A DNA stretch of 64,000 bases from Candidatus Zixiibacteriota bacterium (GTDB lineage Bacteria; Zixibacteria; MSB-5A5; SM23-73-2): NCBI GenBank assembly GCA_030615745.1, contig JAUWYR010000004.1, positions 9,838-73,837 of the forward strand, written 5' to 3'. The translations under genes were made by a program, and so were the position numbers. How positions within the stretch are numbered: the first letter of the stretch is position 1; each line of letters opens with the position of its first letter. The notes beneath the pieces are model-generated. The model worked only from the letters and a program-made list of their open reading frames with translations, was not told the DNA's origin and did not search any database. Positions 18,475 to 28,188 of this stretch are shown here, piece by piece.

Positions 18475-20223
18475 ATCACCATACTTCCCCAAGATTTGGT
18501 TAACAAAATCGCTGCTGGTGAGGTGGTGGAGCGTCCGGCATCTGTTGTCAAGGAGCTGGTTGAGAATTCGATCGATGCTAAGGCTAAAAGTATTAAGGTG
18601 AAAATAAGATTCGGCGGGGTGAAATTAATAGAAGTTACAGATGATGGGGAAGGGATGAATCCTGAGGATGCGGAGCTTTCTTTAAAAAGACATGCGACAA
18701 GCAAGATAAAAGAAAAAGACGACCTTTATAATATAAAAACCTTAGGTTTCAGAGGGGAAGCTCTACCATCCATTGCCTCTGTTTGCTTTTTGGAACTTTT
18801 AACAAGACAAAAAGATGCACTTTCAGGAACTTTTCTAAGCTTAGAAGCAGGTATGATAAAACAAAAAAAAGAGATCGGCGCGCCTTGTGGAACATCTGTA
18901 ACTGTAAAAGAGCTTTTTTATAATACCCCTGCAAGGCTTAAGTTTTTAAAATCCAAACTCACTGAAACCAAACATATAATCGACCTTATACAGAATTATG
19001 CCTTAGCATATCCATCTCTATTATTTGAGCTCGAATCTGACCAGAGAACTCTTCTGAATTTACCAGCTTCAATTTTAAAACAGAGAATAGCTGACATCTG
19101 GGGAAATGATCTGAAATCAAAATTGGTAGAGATGGAAAAAGAAAGGTCCGACCCTGAGATTTTCGGATTTTTAGGAAAGCCTGAACTCACAAGGTCTAAT
19201 CGTTCTGAAATACGCATTTTCGTTAACAGAAGACCTGTGGTCTCAAGGGTCTTAAATCATGCTATACAATCGGGATATAGAGACCTTCTTCCACAGGGGA
19301 AATTTCCCTTTGCTTTTGCCTTTTTCGAGATAGACCCGGAAAAGATCGATGTGAACGTTCATCCAACAAAAAGGGAGATCAAATTCTCAAATGAACATCA
19401 AATCTACAATCTGCTATATTTGAAAGTGAAAAAGTCACTTAAGAGTTTTCAGACTATCCCTTCATACAATCTTTCATCTGAAAAATTGGTATCTGAAAAG
19501 TCCGAAAAAGCTAAAGTTGGAGAAAAAATAATTGATTATAGCACAAAAATGCAAAAACCCGACTTTATTCAGGAAAAGATAATTGATAAAATCTATCCTG
19601 CTGAAAAAAGGAAAGAAATTGAGCCAGAAGAAAAAACAACTTTTCAGAAAATTTGGCAAATCTTTGATCAATATATATTGGTCCAGAACGAAGATGAGTT
19701 ATGGATTATCGACCAGCACGCAGCACATGAGAGGATACTTTATGAAGAAATAAGTGAGAATATAGGCAAAAGTGGTCTATTATCACAAAAGCTGCTTTTT
19801 CCAGAGACACTTGAGCTCTCTCCAAAAGAGTTTTTGATCTACCGGGAAAATTCCGATATTTTACTAAAGTTAGGATTTGAGGTGGAGCTTTTCGGTAAGA
19901 ACAGCCTTTTAATTTCTGGGGTTCCATCTCTTTTAAAAAACCGGTCTGAAAAAAACTTTTTCTGTGAGCTTTTATCTGAGCTGGATGAAAATTTAAAAAA
20001 AGAAGGGGACAGGATAAAATCGGTTGCTAAAGCTTTTGCCTGTAAATCAGCGATAAAATCAGGCCTGAGGCTTTCTTATGAGGAGATAAAAACACTTTAC
20101 CAGAGTCTTTTATCAACAAAAAATCCCTTCAGTTGTCCTCATGGCAGACCAACCATTATAAAAATATCACTTGAAGAGCTCGATAAAAAGTTTATGCGAA
20201 GCATTCTTCGAAAAAGAACCTGA
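18463..20223 (+). CDS. mutL: DNA mismatch repair protein MutL
   Basis: GHKL ATPase N-term (AAGEVVERPASVVKELVENSIDA), GFRGEALPSIASV, C-terminal dimerisation domain. Confidence 0.92.
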   Translation: MKNKITILPQDLVNKIAAGEVVERPASVVKELVENSIDAKAKSIKVKIRFGGVKLIEVTDDGEGMNPEDAELSLKRHATSKIKEKDDLYNIKTLGFRGEALPSIASVCFLELLTRQKDALSGTFLSLEAGMIKQKKEIGAPCGTSVTVKELFYNTPARLKFLKSKLTETKHIIDLIQNYALAYPSLLFELESDQRTLLNLPASILKQRIADIWGNDLKSKLVEMEKERSDPEIFGFLGKPELTRSNRSEIRIFVNRRPVVSRVLNHAIQSGYRDLLPQGKFPFAFAFFEIDPEKIDVNVHPTKREIKFSNEHQIYNLLYLKVKKSLKSFQTIPSYNLSSEKLVSEKSEKAKVGEKIIDYSTKMQKPDFIQEKIIDKIYPAEKRKEIEPEEKTTFQKIWQIFDQYILVQNEDELWIIDQHAAHERILYEEISENIGKSGLLSQKLLFPETLELSPKEFLIYRENSDILLKLGFEVELFGKNSLLISGVPSLLKNRSEKNFFCELLSELDENLKKEGDRIKSVAKAFACKSAIKSGLRLSYEEIKTLYQSLLSTKNPFSCPHGRPTIIKISLEELDKKFMRSILRKRT

Positions 20224-20231
20224 ATTTTATT

Positions 20232-21149
20232 ATGGATAAGGTTTTGGTTATCACCGGTCCAACTGGTGTTGGTAAAACCAAAGTCTCAATTGAAGTTGCC
20301 GATATATTAAAAGGTGAGATAATTTCTTGCGATTCAAGGCAGATTTATCGAGGAATGGATATTGGCACAGCCAAACCCAGAAAAGACCAAAGAAAAAAAG
20401 TTTTACATCATCTTTTAGACCTTGCCTTTCCAGACCAGAAATTCTCAGCAGCAGATTATGCAAAAGAGGCAAAAAAGAAAATAAAGGATGTGATAAAAAA
20501 AGGGAAAATCCCTGTAGTTGTCGGAGGTTCTGGATTATATCTTAGGGCACTTTGCAAAGGATTTTTTAAAGGTCCTAAAGGGGATGAAAGAATTAGACGA
20601 AAACTGAAAAAAGAAATGGAAAGCTTTGGTAAAAATTATCTTTACCTGAAGCTAAAACAAATCGATCCGGAGGCTGCTTTAAGAATACATCCAAATGATG
20701 AACATAGAATCATAAGAGCTCTGGAAGTATATGAACTCACAGGTAAAAAGATCTCCCAGTTTCAAAAAGAAGGGGAGTATGAGCCAGAGGAGTTTAAATT
20801 TATTAAGTTCGGTCTAACTTTAAAAAGGGATAAGCTATACCAAAGAATCGACCAGAGAGTTGACCAGATGATAAAAGATGGTCTTTTAGAAGAAGTAAAA
20901 CAGTTGAAAAAGATGGGTTATTCTCCTGAACTTTTGCCCCTCAGGACTTTTGGTTATAAGGAGTTATTTTCTTATCTTGGGGGGAAAATCGATCTGGAAG
21001 AAGCAATTGAACTGATTAAACTTAACACTCATCATTATGCAAAAAGACAGATCACCTGGTTCAAAAAGGAAAAAGATATAATTTGGCTCGATGCAGAGAA
21101 AAACAATTTGGTATCTGAGATCGTTCAAATATTTTCAAAAAATGCTTGA
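20232..21149 (+). CDS. miaA: tRNA dimethylallyltransferase
   Basis: P-loop GPTGVGKT, ISCDSRQIYRGMDIGTAKP; conserved mutL-miaA adjacency. Confidence 0.9.
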   Translation: MDKVLVITGPTGVGKTKVSIEVADILKGEIISCDSRQIYRGMDIGTAKPRKDQRKKVLHHLLDLAFPDQKFSAADYAKEAKKKIKDVIKKGKIPVVVGGSGLYLRALCKGFFKGPKGDERIRRKLKKEMESFGKNYLYLKLKQIDPEAALRIHPNDEHRIIRALEVYELTGKKISQFQKEGEYEPEEFKFIKFGLTLKRDKLYQRIDQRVDQMIKDGLLEEVKQLKKMGYSPELLPLRTFGYKELFSYLGGKIDLEEAIELIKLNTHHYAKRQITWFKKEKDIIWLDAEKNNLVSEIVQIFSKNA

Positions 21150-21174
21150 CACTATTTTTGAATTTATATATATA
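21146..21174 (+). promoter_or_regulatory. sigma70-like promoter candidate TTGACA-N17-TATATA upstream of mltD-like gene
   Basis: TTGACA 21146-21151, TATATA 21169-21174, 30 nt upstream of RBS/ATG at 21204. Confidence 0.35.
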
Positions 21175-21203
21175 TCAACAAGTTATCTTTTAAGGAGAAG
21201 AAA

Positions 21204-23354
21204 ATGATAAAAAAAGCCTTATTTTTCCTTCTTATACTTGTGATTTTTGGTGGATGTTCAAGGCAAGCTATAAAGCCAAATGTTTTAACCCCTCCTGCCA
21301 AAAAAGATATAACTTTTGAAAAAGACACAGATACCTTATCCCTTTTGGACCAGATGTTTTTTTTGCAATTGAAGGAGGCAGAAAACTATTATGCCTTGGG
21401 AGTAAGAGCTAATCAAGAGAGTGAGTGGGAAAAGGCTCAAGAAAACTTCGAGAAGGCTTTAGAGATAATATCAAATTTGAGTCTTGATGGGGATGCTGAG
21501 TCCAAATGGAGCACCAGAATAGATAAGCTTTTGCATGAGATCTCAGCAGACTATAAGATAACATTATTATATTTGGGTGCTCTTTCATCTGATGCTTCAA
21601 TTTCTGCTTTTGTTGAGAGGTTTAAGGATATTCATAACTTCAAAAAATTAAGAGAGGAATATAAACCCAAAAAACCCTCTATTGAAGAAAAGACCATAAT
21701 AACCTATGATATGCCAATATTCTTAAATGAACAGGTGGAAAACTGCATTCTCTATTTCCAGACCATAGCGCGAGAACCTTTTAAAAAATATCTGGCAAGG
21801 TCTGGAAAGTATATACCCTTAATGTCGGAGATCATAAAAGAAAAAGAATTGCCTCATGATTTAGTCTATCTTCCTTTGATCGAGTCCGGATTTAATCCAA
21901 AAGCCTATTCCTGGGCACATGCAGTAGGTCCCTGGCAATTCATACGTTCAACCGGAAGAATATATGGTCTTAGAAGAAACCACTGGTATGATGAGCGCAG
22001 AGACTTCGTCAAATCGACCTATGCTGCCTGTGACTATCTAAAATTCCTCTATGGCAAGTTCGGAAACTGGCTTCTGGCTTTAGCCGCTTACAACGGAGGG
22101 GAAGGTAGGGTAGCAAAACAGATAAAAAGACAGAAGACCAAAGATTTTTGGAAACTGAGTTTGAAAAAACAGACCCGAAACTATGTTCCTTTATACATAG
22201 CTGCTACTATAATCGCCAAAAATCCTCAAGAATACGGGTTTTCTGTGGAATATGAAGACCCTTTGGAGTTCGATGTTGTTAAAGTGAATAAAGTCATAGA
22301 TTTGAAAGTAGTTGCTGATGCTTTAAATGTCTCTTTAGATACGATAAAGGAGCTAAATCCAAAGCTTTTGAGAGGAGTTACACCTCCCGGCTATAAGAAT
22401 TTCCCATTGAGGATTCCCAGGGGAGCAAGAAACCTTTTTGTTCAGAAATATGACAGTATCCCTGAAAAAGACCTTTATGTTTTACATAAGATAAAGTGGG
22501 GAGAGACAGTATCTTCCATAGCAAAAAAATATGGTGTATCTCCTTTCAGCATCATCGAGACTAATAATCTGTCCAGAAGATACAAAATTTATGCTGGCGA
22601 TTATCTTAAGATACCCAGATTCAAAAGCAAAGGCTCAAGAAAAAAACCCTCCGACTTTAAGTATACGTTCGATTCCAAAGGGCAGAAAATCTACACGGTG
22701 AAAAAGGGAGATACTCTCACAGAGATTGCACAAGCTTTTGGAACTACCACAAAAAAATTAGCCTCTTTTAACAGAATAAAAATAAAAAATCCTATCTATC
22801 GTGGTCAAAAACTTAGGATTCCAACTTCGTTTGAGTCTAATTATAAGGTCAATTCAATAGGAGAAAAAGTTTACGCTGTGAAAAGGGGAGATACGCTCTC
22901 AAAGATTGCCCGAGCTTTTGGGACTACTCCAGAAAAATTAGCCTCATATAATGGAATAAATATAAAAGACCCTATCTATCGTGGTCAGAAACTTAGGATT
23001 CCAACTTCCTCCGGAAAAATTGTGGTTTATACAGTTAAAAAAGGGGAGACCCTTTGGGACATAGGCAATAAGTTCAAGGTTACTCCCTATGAAATAGCGC
23101 AGATTAATGATATAAAGGAAAAAAATTATATAAAGGAAGGGCAGAAGTTAAAAATTCCATCGAATGGGAAAGGTTATACTTCAAAACAGAGCTCAGATGG
23201 CAAAGTTATCTTTTATATGGTCAAAAGGGGTGATAGCTTGTGGAAAATCGCCAGACTTTTCGGGGTATCCTTGAAAAACCTTTTGAGCTGGAATACCATA
23301 GCTGACCCAAAATCGATTAGAGCAGGGGATAAGATAAAGATTTATCTGAGATAA
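21204..23354 (+). CDS. mltD: membrane-bound lytic murein transglycosylase D-like (SLT domain + 5-6 LysM repeats)
   Basis: lipoprotein-type signal (FGGCS), SLT core ESGFNPKAYSWAHAVGPWQF, repeated LysM units YTVKKGDTL..IA..FG....L...N.I. Confidence 0.85.
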   Translation: MIKKALFFLLILVIFGGCSRQAIKPNVLTPPAKKDITFEKDTDTLSLLDQMFFLQLKEAENYYALGVRANQESEWEKAQENFEKALEIISNLSLDGDAESKWSTRIDKLLHEISADYKITLLYLGALSSDASISAFVERFKDIHNFKKLREEYKPKKPSIEEKTIITYDMPIFLNEQVENCILYFQTIAREPFKKYLARSGKYIPLMSEIIKEKELPHDLVYLPLIESGFNPKAYSWAHAVGPWQFIRSTGRIYGLRRNHWYDERRDFVKSTYAACDYLKFLYGKFGNWLLALAAYNGGEGRVAKQIKRQKTKDFWKLSLKKQTRNYVPLYIAATIIAKNPQEYGFSVEYEDPLEFDVVKVNKVIDLKVVADALNVSLDTIKELNPKLLRGVTPPGYKNFPLRIPRGARNLFVQKYDSIPEKDLYVLHKIKWGETVSSIAKKYGVSPFSIIETNNLSRRYKIYAGDYLKIPRFKSKGSRKKPSDFKYTFDSKGQKIYTVKKGDTLTEIAQAFGTTTKKLASFNRIKIKNPIYRGQKLRIPTSFESNYKVNSIGEKVYAVKRGDTLSKIARAFGTTPEKLASYNGINIKDPIYRGQKLRIPTSSGKIVVYTVKKGETLWDIGNKFKVTPYEIAQINDIKEKNYIKEGQKLKIPSNGKGYTSKQSSDGKVIFYMVKRGDSLWKIARLFGVSLKNLLSWNTIADPKSIRAGDKIKIYLR

Positions 23355-23380
23355 CCTGTCCGATCAGGAAAGGAGTATTT

Positions 23381-24265
23381 TTGGCTAAAAAGAAAGACAT
23401 TATAGTAGGTGTAATTATCGGGTTAAGCTTTTTGATCTTTATCCTGATTTTGCTTTTAGGTGTTTCAAGTCTCTATACAGATCGAGATATTTATTTTGGT
23501 GGGTTTGGTAAAAAAGTAGCGATAATAGATATATTTGGAGTAATCTCTTCCTCTGATGATGTGGTAAGGCAGTTAAAAAAATACAGGGATGATTCCTCTG
23601 TTCCCTCCATTGTTTTGAACATAGACAGTCCTGGTGGTGGTATAGCTGCATCCCAGGAGATATTTGAGGAGATAAAGAAGGTAAGACAAAAGGGTAAAAA
23701 GGTTGTTGCTTCGATGAGGTCTGTGGCTGCATCAGGTGGTTATTATATAGCCTGTGCAGCTGACACCATCGTGGCAAATCCCGGGACGATCACAGGATCA
23801 ATAGGGGTGATATTCGAATTTCCTGTTGCTGAGAAGCTTTTTAAAAAGATAGGAGTTGAGTTTGAAGTTGTCAAATCTGGCGAGGTTAAGGATATGGGAA
23901 CTTTCACTCGACCCATGACCAAAAAGGAAAGAGAGCTCCTTCAGTCAGTTATTGATGATGCCTATTATCAATTCGTAGATGTGTTGGTAAAGATGAGAAA
24001 TCTACCTGAAAAAGAGGTTTTGAAAATCGCGGATGGTAGAATTTTCACCGGGTCTCAGGCTAAAAAACTTGGATTGATCGATGTTTTGGGTAATTTTGAG
24101 GATGCCATAAGGATTGCTGGTGAGATGGGAGGGATTGAAGGTCCACCAAAGATTATCAAGGAGAGAAAAAGAAAACTTACAATTTTTGATCTCTTAACTA
24201 AAAATTTTAGTAATCTTTTAAGTCAAGAGAACTTTGCTCCAAAATTTGAATATATATTCAAGTAG
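23381..24265 (+). CDS. sppA: signal peptide peptidase SppA (36K type)
   Basis: N-terminal TM, SPGGG, SMRSVAASGGYYIA serine-protease core. Confidence 0.85.
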   Translation: MAKKKDIIVGVIIGLSFLIFILILLLGVSSLYTDRDIYFGGFGKKVAIIDIFGVISSSDDVVRQLKKYRDDSSVPSIVLNIDSPGGGIAASQEIFEEIKKVRQKGKKVVASMRSVAASGGYYIACAADTIVANPGTITGSIGVIFEFPVAEKLFKKIGVEFEVVKSGEVKDMGTFTRPMTKKERELLQSVIDDAYYQFVDVLVKMRNLPEKEVLKIADGRIFTGSQAKKLGLIDVLGNFEDAIRIAGEMGGIEGPPKIIKERKRKLTIFDLLTKNFSNLLSQENFAPKFEYIFK

Positions 24266-24275
24266 GTGAAAAGGG

Positions 24276-24497
24276 TTGCCAATTTTCGAATATAGATGCA
24301 AATCATGTGATCATAGATTTGAAGTTCTCATACGTTCTTCTAATGAAAAAAACCCTGTTTGTCCTCTCTGCAAAGAAGAGGTGGAAAGGATTTTCTCAGT
24401 TTTCGGTTTTTCAAAAGGAAAAAGATTTATATCTTCTTCTGTGAAGACATCTTGCGGAAGTTGCATAACCAAAAGATGTGACAGTTGTGGAATTTAA
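24276..24497 (+). CDS. FmdB-family zinc-ribbon protein
   Basis: MPIFEYRCKSCDHRFEV...CPLC; Ser-rich C-terminus ending with CxxC-like cysteines. Confidence 0.7.
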   Translation: MPIFEYRCKSCDHRFEVLIRSSNEKNPVCPLCKEEVERIFSVFGFSKGKRFISSSVKTSCGSCITKRCDSCGI

Positions 24498-24527
24498 AGT
24501 AAATCAAAAATTAAAAGGAGGTAAAAA

Positions 24528-24812
24528 GTGACGAAAGCAGATTTAGTTGAAAGGGTTACAGAAAAAACAGGACTTACAAGAACCGATGTTGCGGTGGTAG
24601 TGGATGGTCTTTTGGAAACAATAAAGAGTGCCATGGAGGAAGGAAACAATATCGAGCTCAGAGGATTTGGCACTTTTAAAATCAAGACAAGAAAGGCAAG
24701 AAAAGCCAGAAACCCGAGGACCGGTGAGGAGGTGCCGGTGCCTGACCGTAAGGTCCCCGTTTTTAAGCCATCTAACGAATTCAAGAATTTAATTACTAAG
24801 CAACCTTTGTAA
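24528..24812 (+). CDS. HU/IHF-family DNA-binding protein
   Basis: MTKADLVERV...RGFGTFKIKTRKARKARNPRTGEEVPVPDRKVPVFKP; GTG start with AAGGAGG RBS. Confidence 0.85.
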   Translation: MTKADLVERVTEKTGLTRTDVAVVVDGLLETIKSAMEEGNNIELRGFGTFKIKTRKARKARNPRTGEEVPVPDRKVPVFKPSNEFKNLITKQPL

Positions 24813-24822
24813 AAGGGGTGAA

Positions 24823-24918
24823 ATGCCGAGCGGTAAAAAAAGAAAAAGACTGAAGATAAAGACCCACAAAAGAAAAAAAAGGCTAAGAAGGGATCGGCAC
24901 AAAAAGAAAAAAAGATAA
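24823..24918 (+). CDS. tiny basic protein MPSGKKRKRLKIKTHKRKKRLRRDRHKKKKR, candidate ribosomal protein bS22 (AURKAIP1/COX24-like)
   Basis: 31-aa ORF below the ORF-track cutoff; AAAGGGG RBS; K/R-rich with KxHxRKK pattern reminiscent of bS22; stop overlaps next ATG (TAATG). Confidence 0.45.
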   Translation: MPSGKKRKRLKIKTHKRKKRLRRDRHKKKKR

Positions 24919-25403
24919 TGAGAATTTTTGTCATCTCCGACACCCATGTGCCTGAAAGAGCTAAAGGACTCCCAGAGAAATTTCTATCGTTATTAAAACC
25001 AGATGACTTTATCTTTCATGCAGGTGATTTCACCACTCTGGATACTCTAAAAAAGCTGGAGAAAAAAGCAAAAACAATAGCAGTGCACGGAAATATGGAT
25101 GATCCGGAGATTAAAAAATCTTTGCCCGAGAAGAGAGTGGAAGTTATTGCTGGAAGAAAAATAGGACTTATTCACGGGTTTGGAGGACCTCTTGGTATAC
25201 CTAAAAGGGTTTATCAGGAGTTTAATGAGAAACCGGATGTGATTCTTTTTGGTCATTCTCATAACCCCTATCACAAGAAAATAGATGGGACCCTCCTTTT
25301 CAATCCGGGAAGCTTATCTGGAAACCTTTTTTCCTGGAAAAAATCATACGGTATCCTGAAGATTGAACAGGACAAAATATGGGGAGAGATTATTTATATC
25401 TGA
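24918..25403 (+). CDS. metallophosphoesterase (YfcE/MJ0936-family phosphodiesterase)
   Basis: DTH, GDF, HGNMD, GHSHNP calcineurin-like motifs. Confidence 0.8.
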   Translation: MRIFVISDTHVPERAKGLPEKFLSLLKPDDFIFHAGDFTTLDTLKKLEKKAKTIAVHGNMDDPEIKKSLPEKRVEVIAGRKIGLIHGFGGPLGIPKRVYQEFNEKPDVILFGHSHNPYHKKIDGTLLFNPGSLSGNLFSWKKSYGILKIEQDKIWGEIIYI

Positions 25404-25458
25404 GAGGAGGGGCAGGGTAAACTAAAAACTATGAACTAACAGCTATCTACTAAAAAAA

Positions 25459-25531
25459 GCCCCTGTAGCTCAGTTGGATAGAGCAGCGGCCTCCGGAGCC
25501 GCGTGCACCCGTTCGAGTCGGGTCAGGGGTA
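25459..25531 (+). tRNA. tRNA-Arg (anticodon CCG)
   Basis: cloverleaf folded by eye: acceptor GCCCCTG/CAGGGGT, D-arm GCTCAGTTGGATAGAGC, anticodon stem-loop GCGGC-CTCCGGA-GCCGC, T-arm CACCC GTTCGAGT CGGGT. Confidence 0.85.
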
Positions 25532-25585
25532 GGATGAAAGTTTAAAATTAAAAATTTAAAGTTCAAAATTAAAAGAAACGGGTAT

Positions 25586-25780
25586 TAGAAAAGACAGGTT
25601 ATAGGTTATAGGTCATAGGTTGTAGGTGTTAGGGAAATAAATGTATGGGCGGGGTTTGTTGAGCGAAGCGAAATCCCGATTTATCGGGGTCCCCGCCTGA
25701 AAAAAACAGGTCATAGGTTATAGGTGGTAGGTGATAGGAAAATAAATGTAGGGGCGGGGTTTATCCCCGCCCGAGGAAAC
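25586..25780 (+). repeat. tandem duplication (~115 nt x2): (GGTTATAGG)n tract + REP-like GGGGCGGGG hairpin
   Basis: AGGTTATAGGTTATAGGTCATAGGTTGTAGGTGTTAGGGAAATAAATGTATGGGCGGGG vs CAGGTCATAGGTTATAGGTGGTAGGTGATAGGAAAATAAATGTAGGGGCGGGG. Confidence 0.6.
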
Positions 25781-25827
25781 TGAAAATGTAGAAAGTTTTA
25801 AAAAACATTTGAGCGAAAAGTTAAATC

Positions 25828-27573
25828 ATGAAATGGTCTGAAACCTACATTCCGACTTTAAGAGAGTTTCCAGCTGAGGCTGAGATCATCTCACATAAGC
25901 TTCTGATCAAGGCTGGGTATATCAGAAAATTAACCTCCGGGGTGTATAACTATCTTCCACTTATGCAATCAGTCCTTTTAAAAATCACAAACATTGTCAG
26001 AGAGGAGATGAACAAATCCGGTGCCCAGGAGATTTTAATGCCGGTTTTGCATCCAGCTGAGCTCTGGCAGAAATCTGGAAGATGGGAGACCGTTGGTAAA
26101 GAACTGATGAGAATGAGGGATAGACATCAGAGGGATCTGGTCTTAGGAGGAACTCATGAGGAAGTTGTAACAAATTTGATAAAGGGAGAGATACGCTCCT
26201 ACCGTCAACTCCCTGTAAATTTATATCAGATTCAAACTAAATTCAGAGATGAGATAAGACCGAGGTTCGGCTTGATGAGAGGAAGGGAATTTCTGATGAA
26301 GGATGCCTATACCTTTGATGCGAATGAGAAAAGCTTCAATATAAGTTATCAGAAGATGGTAGATGCCTACTTTAAGATTTTCAAAAGATGCGGTTTGGAA
26401 ACCAAGATGGTTGAATCGGACACTGGAGCAATGGGAGGAAAAGCCGCTCATGAATTTATGGTGATAGTTGATACCGAAGGAGGCGAAAACATCATCTTTT
26501 ATTGTGACAGGTGCGACTACTCAGCAAATATTGACAAAGCGAGCTCTTTTGATTTGAAAGAGATAAAATCCGAAGGATTCACAGAAAAAGAAACTTTCAA
26601 AAAAATGGAGAAAGTCCATACTCCAGATAAAAAGACGATCGAGGAGGTAACTTTATTTTTAAATCAGCCACCGGAGAAACTTGTTAAAACTTTAATATAT
26701 AGAGCGGATGGAAATTTAGTTGCCGCATTGATAAGGGGAGACAAGGAGATAAATGAGGTGAAATTGAAAAATGCGCTCGGATGTATCCAGTTGGAGATGG
26801 CTGACTCCGAATCAATCAAAAAATTAACGAAAGCAGAAGTTGGATTCTCAGGTCCTGTGGGTCTGAAAGGTGTAAAAATGATAGTGGATGAGCAGATACC
26901 AAACCTTTTCAACTTCGTTACCGGAGCAAATCAAAATGATTACCACCTTGTAAACGTCAATTCAGAAAGGGATTTTAAAATCGACCAGGTAGCTGATATA
27001 AAAACCGCAAAGGAGGGCGAGGGTTGTCCAAAATGTAAAAAAGGTAGACTTAAAACTGATAGGGGAATTGAGGTTGGGAATACATTCATGCTCGGAACAA
27101 AATATAGCCAGTCCCTGGGAGCCACTTTTATAGATAAAGATGGAAAAGAGAAACCATTTATTATGGGCTCCTATGGTGTGGGGATAACTCGAACAGCTCA
27201 GGCTGCTGTGGAAAAATATCACGACGAAAAGGGGATAATCTGGCCAGTTTCAATTGCTCCTCTGCATATAAATATTCTTCCAGTGAATATCCAGGACCAA
27301 ACACAAAAAAATGTTGCCTTCGATATCTATCAAAGGATGAAAGAAAATAAAATGGAGGTTCTAATAGATGATAGGGATGAAAGGGCAGGGGTTAAGTTCA
27401 ACGATTCTGATCTGATCGGTCTACCCCTGAGGATAACAGTAGGAGAAAAATATCTTAAAAAGAAAAAAGTAGAGCTTACACTAAGAGGAAAAAACGAAAC
27501 TTTATTTTGCCCAAAAGAGGAGGTTTTAGAAAAGAGCAAAAAGATTTTAGAAAAACTAAAGGCTGTGTTTTAA
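25828..27573 (+). CDS. proS: prolyl-tRNA synthetase (bacterial type with editing domain)
   Basis: class II aaRS motifs, N-term MKWSETYIPTLREFPAEAEIISHKLLIKAGYIRKL. Confidence 0.92.
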   Translation: MKWSETYIPTLREFPAEAEIISHKLLIKAGYIRKLTSGVYNYLPLMQSVLLKITNIVREEMNKSGAQEILMPVLHPAELWQKSGRWETVGKELMRMRDRHQRDLVLGGTHEEVVTNLIKGEIRSYRQLPVNLYQIQTKFRDEIRPRFGLMRGREFLMKDAYTFDANEKSFNISYQKMVDAYFKIFKRCGLETKMVESDTGAMGGKAAHEFMVIVDTEGGENIIFYCDRCDYSANIDKASSFDLKEIKSEGFTEKETFKKMEKVHTPDKKTIEEVTLFLNQPPEKLVKTLIYRADGNLVAALIRGDKEINEVKLKNALGCIQLEMADSESIKKLTKAEVGFSGPVGLKGVKMIVDEQIPNLFNFVTGANQNDYHLVNVNSERDFKIDQVADIKTAKEGEGCPKCKKGRLKTDRGIEVGNTFMLGTKYSQSLGATFIDKDGKEKPFIMGSYGVGITRTAQAAVEKYHDEKGIIWPVSIAPLHINILPVNIQDQTQKNVAFDIYQRMKENKMEVLIDDRDERAGVKFNDSDLIGLPLRITVGEKYLKKKKVELTLRGKNETLFCPKEEVLEKSKKILEKLKAVF

Positions 27574-27674
27574 TTAAAAATAGCAAAGAAAAATTGAAAA
27601 TATTACGTATAAATAAATTAATTTAAATCAGTTTTTTGTTGCATTTTTGAACTTAAGCTTTTATATTTTAAAAA

Positions 27675-27700
27675 AGAGTGGGAAGCTTCCCACTCTTTTA
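27675..27700 (+). terminator. rho-independent terminator candidate AGAGTGGGAAGCTTCCCACTCT + TTTA
   Basis: 9-bp perfect stem, short T-run; lies between proS and rimP. Confidence 0.4.
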
Positions 27701-27729
27701 CCTAATAGTTAAAAGTCAGGTTAAACAAA

Positions 27730-28179
27730 ATGAAAGAACTTGAGGATAAAATAAAAAAGTCACTTTTACCATTGATTGAAAAAGAAGGTTTCGATTTAGT
27801 CGATCTTGAGTTAAAAGGACTTGCCCCTACATCTATTTTAAGGGTTTATGTTGATAGAGCTGGAGGGATAACTTTAAATGAGTGTGCTAAGCTTTCAGGG
27901 AAGCTCTCTGATTACTTAGACTTAGAGGATTTAATCCCTCACCATTACACATTAGAGGTCTCCTCACCGGGATTGGACCGACCATTGACTTCAGAGGGCG
28001 ATTTCAAAAGGAAGATCGGGGAGAAAGTGAAAGTTTTCCTTAAATCTCCATTAGAGGAAAAAATCGAGTTTGAGGGGAAAATAGTGAACTTTCAAGATAA
28101 AAAAGTTTTTCTGGATAAGGGAGAGGAAATAAAGGTTATTCCTTTTGAAAAAATCGAAAAAGCTAAAATTGTCTTTTAG
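27730..28179 (+). CDS. rimP: ribosome maturation factor RimP
   Basis: conserved rimP-nusA-infB order; LVDLELKG...LRVYVDRAGGITLNEC. Confidence 0.85.
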   Translation: MKELEDKIKKSLLPLIEKEGFDLVDLELKGLAPTSILRVYVDRAGGITLNECAKLSGKLSDYLDLEDLIPHHYTLEVSSPGLDRPLTSEGDFKRKIGEKVKVFLKSPLEEKIEFEGKIVNFQDKKVFLDKGEEIKVIPFEKIEKAKIVF

Positions 28180-28188
28180 GGAGGGAAA

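Noticed and set aside
25586-25780. CRISPR array suggested by repeated GGTTATAGG / REP units
   Set aside because: Only two ~115-nt units with a degenerate 9-mer microsatellite; no regular repeat-spacer architecture and no cas genes in the window.
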